Origin: a virus
Virus record (IMG/VR): IMGVR_UViG_3300045988_142974
Location: 108,868-172,867 of that record
DNA: 64,000 nucleotides
Reading direction: 5' to 3' (one strand)
The notes under the pieces are model-generated. The model saw only the letters and a list, made by a program, of their open reading frames with translations, ran no database searches and was not told the DNA's origin. Below are positions 62,469-64,000 of the stretch, in pieces. Positions within the stretch are counted from its first letter, which is position 1, and each line of letters begins with the position of its first letter. The translations under genes and the position numbers were made by a program.

Positions 62469-62631
62469 AAAATTATTGTCTGTGAAGGAAACTTGTGATT
62501 ATCTTGGTATTGGACAAACCAAATGTCGAGAACTGCTTCGTGGAAGAAATGGATTTGGAGTTCAAATAGGTAATCGTTGGTATGCTAATAAAGAAAGACT
62601 TGATAAATGGATAATTAATAAAACTAAATAA
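62446..62631 (+). CDS. xis: excisionase-like helix-turn-helix protein
   Basis: LSVKETCDYLGIGQTKCRELL HTH; directly upstream of integrase; start TTG 62446 or GTG 62440 after GAGGTGA. Confidence 0.55.
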   Translation: MEAQGKDKKLLSVKETCDYLGIGQTKCRELLRGRNGFGVQIGNRWYANKERLDKWIINKTK

Positions 62632-62657
62632 CATTTTATTTACACCAATACTTGATA

Positions 62658-62709
62658 AAAAGAAGTACATAAGATATTATATTTATATGTAATATCTTTG
62701 TACTTCTTT
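62658..62709 (+). terminator. long imperfect hairpin between xis-like gene and int
   Basis: AAAAGAAGTACA (62658-69) / TGTACTTCTTT (62699-709) plus inner AGATATTA/TAATATCT; followed by a T-rich tract. Confidence 0.55.
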
Positions 62710-62737
62710 CCTATTTTCTTAAAAGGAGGAAATTTTA

Positions 62738-63919
62738 ATGGGTAAATCATTAAATGGGAAAGAACTTGGACAAGGCATATCTCAAAGAAAGGATGGACTT
62801 TATCAAGCAAGGTTTACTAATAGGTTTGGAAAGAGACAAACTATATATTCAAAATCAATAACAGAACTCAGAGCAAAATTAAGAGATAAGCAATATGAAG
62901 ATTCTAATGAGTTGAATGTAATTAATAATGAAATTACATTAGATGAGTGGTTTGATAAGTATATGAAAGTACATTCACCTTCATATAGACCTAATACAAT
63001 ATCCAATTATATTGGTGGTTATAATCGTATTAAGGTTGATCTTGGTTGGAGAGTTATGAAAGATATCAATGTTATAACTTTTCAAGAATCATTCAATAAA
63101 CTAACATCGGATGCCAGTAGAAAAAACACCAAAAAAGTGTTAATGAATCTTTATAAATATGCTTTAGATTGTAATGTTGTTAAAACCGTTAACCCTATTC
63201 AACAGGTTAAGACGAAATTAACCGATGTTGGAGTCAAAATAAGAGTTTTAACAAGAAAAGAAACAGAACTATTCTTAGAAAACGGTGAAGGTATTGCACA
63301 TTTTCCATTATTTGAATTAGCACTTGAGACAGGTATGCGTATTGGAGAAATATGTGGACTTCAATGGGAGGACATAGATTTTGATCATAGAATGATACAT
63401 GTAAGACATACTTTAACATATGCTAAACAAGATGGTTTGTGGGGATATAAGTTCCAGTTAAATGAACCTAAAACTGAAAATGGAATAAGAAAAATTCCTA
63501 TGACCAAGAAAGCTGAAGAATTATTAAGTGAACAAAAAATCAGATGGGAAAAAGTTAATGATAGATGTGTTGCGACAGTTGGGTATGAAAATTTGGTATA
63601 CGTCACAAAAAGAAACACCCCTATCTGTACTAGAAATACAACTGTTTCAATAAGAAGAATAGAAGAAAGAATTAAGGCTAAGGGAATTGATTTTGAACCT
63701 ATAACACCACATACTTTAAGACATACATTTGCAACTCGTTGCTTAGAGAATGGTATGAATGTAAAAACACTTCAAAGAATTCTTGGACATGCTGATATAA
63801 GAACAACAATGAATACTTATTGTCATGTTACAGATGATGAATTATATTCGGCAATGAATGTGTTTGAACAAAAAGGAATTTTAAACACTAATACTCCAAA
63901 TGGTGTAAAAGTGGTGTAG
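62738..63919 (+). CDS. int: tyrosine recombinase / phage integrase
   Basis: ETGMRIGE, HTLRHTFATRCLENG, LGHADIRTTMNTYCH (R..HxxR..Y). Confidence 0.9.
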   Translation: MGKSLNGKELGQGISQRKDGLYQARFTNRFGKRQTIYSKSITELRAKLRDKQYEDSNELNVINNEITLDEWFDKYMKVHSPSYRPNTISNYIGGYNRIKVDLGWRVMKDINVITFQESFNKLTSDASRKNTKKVLMNLYKYALDCNVVKTVNPIQQVKTKLTDVGVKIRVLTRKETELFLENGEGIAHFPLFELALETGMRIGEICGLQWEDIDFDHRMIHVRHTLTYAKQDGLWGYKFQLNEPKTENGIRKIPMTKKAEELLSEQKIRWEKVNDRCVATVGYENLVYVTKRNTPICTRNTTVSIRRIEERIKAKGIDFEPITPHTLRHTFATRCLENGMNVKTLQRILGHADIRTTMNTYCHVTDDELYSAMNVFEQKGILNTNTPNGVKVV

Positions 63920-63940
63920 TAAACAAAAAAGATAGCTGAT

Positions 63941-63963
63941 AAACCCAGTGTTTATGCGGGTTT
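63941..63963 (+). terminator. hairpin after int
   Basis: AAACCC (63941-46) / GGGTTT (63958-63), then TTTAAAG. Confidence 0.45.
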
Positions 63964-64000
63964 AAAGATATGATATTACATTCCATGATAGAATGTAATC

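Larger units (their letters stand above)
6311..64000 (+). mobile_element. temperate phage / prophage, non-structural arm (incomplete in window)
   Basis: Replisome, NrdDG, dUTPase, orphan methyltransferases, DUF551-like ORFs, Xis-like HTH plus tyrosine integrase at 3' end. Single strand throughout. Shared intergenic motifs from ~6320 onward. Left limit uncertain. Confidence 0.8.

Noticed and set aside
465-63618. All minus-strand ORFs in the track (e.g. 465-719, 3877-4188, 14577-14975, 31524-31829, 50015-50377, 51953-52228)
   Set aside because: Each lies antisense inside a well-supported + strand gene or across several of them. They have no SD and give low-complexity Ile/Leu/Phe/Ser-rich translations, typical of AT-rich antisense frames.
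1-64000. CRISPR arrays, tRNA/tmRNA/rRNA genes
   Set aside because: No regularly spaced direct repeats of 20 nt or more. The longer intergenic regions (11236-11428, 26000-26207, 36248-36480 and others) lack tRNA hallmarks such as a GTTCRANYC T-loop and a matching acceptor stem.

Overview
AT-rich 64-kb stretch, roughly one third G+C by eye. Every credible gene is on the + strand, about 105 CDS, tightly packed. All calls come from by-eye motif reading; no searches or statistics were run.

Bases 1-6250 hold the 3' end of a P-type Ca2+-type ATPase, three tandem TerD paralogues, a PspA/IM30-like coiled-coil protein, a 687-aa unknown protein with a possible TerD-like C-terminus, and a 129-aa acidic protein. 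Whether this block is host flank or phage cargo is unresolved.

From about 6300 to the window end lies the non-structural early/middle arm of a large temperate Firmicutes/Clostridia-type phage or prophage. It contains:
- an RNA-repair / NAD+ operon: KptA/Tpt1, a Pol-beta NTase, a CCA-adding enzyme and a sirtuin
- a PARG-like macrodomain
- five orphan DNA methyltransferases
- a kinase-phosphatase-ligase (Pnkp-like)
- a PAPS-reductase-like gene plus two radical-SAM enzymes and a HAD phosphatase, a putative modification cluster
- a Thg1-like 3'-5' polymerase
- a replisome module: SSB-like, Sak4-like ATPase, DnaB-like helicase, primase, Cas4-like nuclease, DnaE, RecD-like helicase and LigA
- nucleotide-pool genes: a ThyX-like protein lacking the RHR motif, two nucleoside-deoxyribosyltransferase-like proteins, a Gmk-like kinase, NrdD/NrdG and dUTPase
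- a ClpP-like protease
- an Xis-like HTH and a tyrosine integrase at the 3' end

The window has no capsid, tail, terminase or lysis genes, no tRNA or rRNA, and no CRISPR array.

The most unusual signals are:
1. the distributed tRNA/RNA-repair toolkit tied to NAD+-using enzymes
2. a 24-nt dyad motif (CACAAGAAA-N6-TTTCTTGTG) repeated at 11 or more gene junctions
3. structured, SD-less leaders with unique GC-rich palindromes in front of all six DNA-modification genes, two of which are homologous ~160-nt elements with covarying stems
4. a GAGAATA box that straddles gene ends in all three reading phases
5. four candidate AUA/AUU start codons
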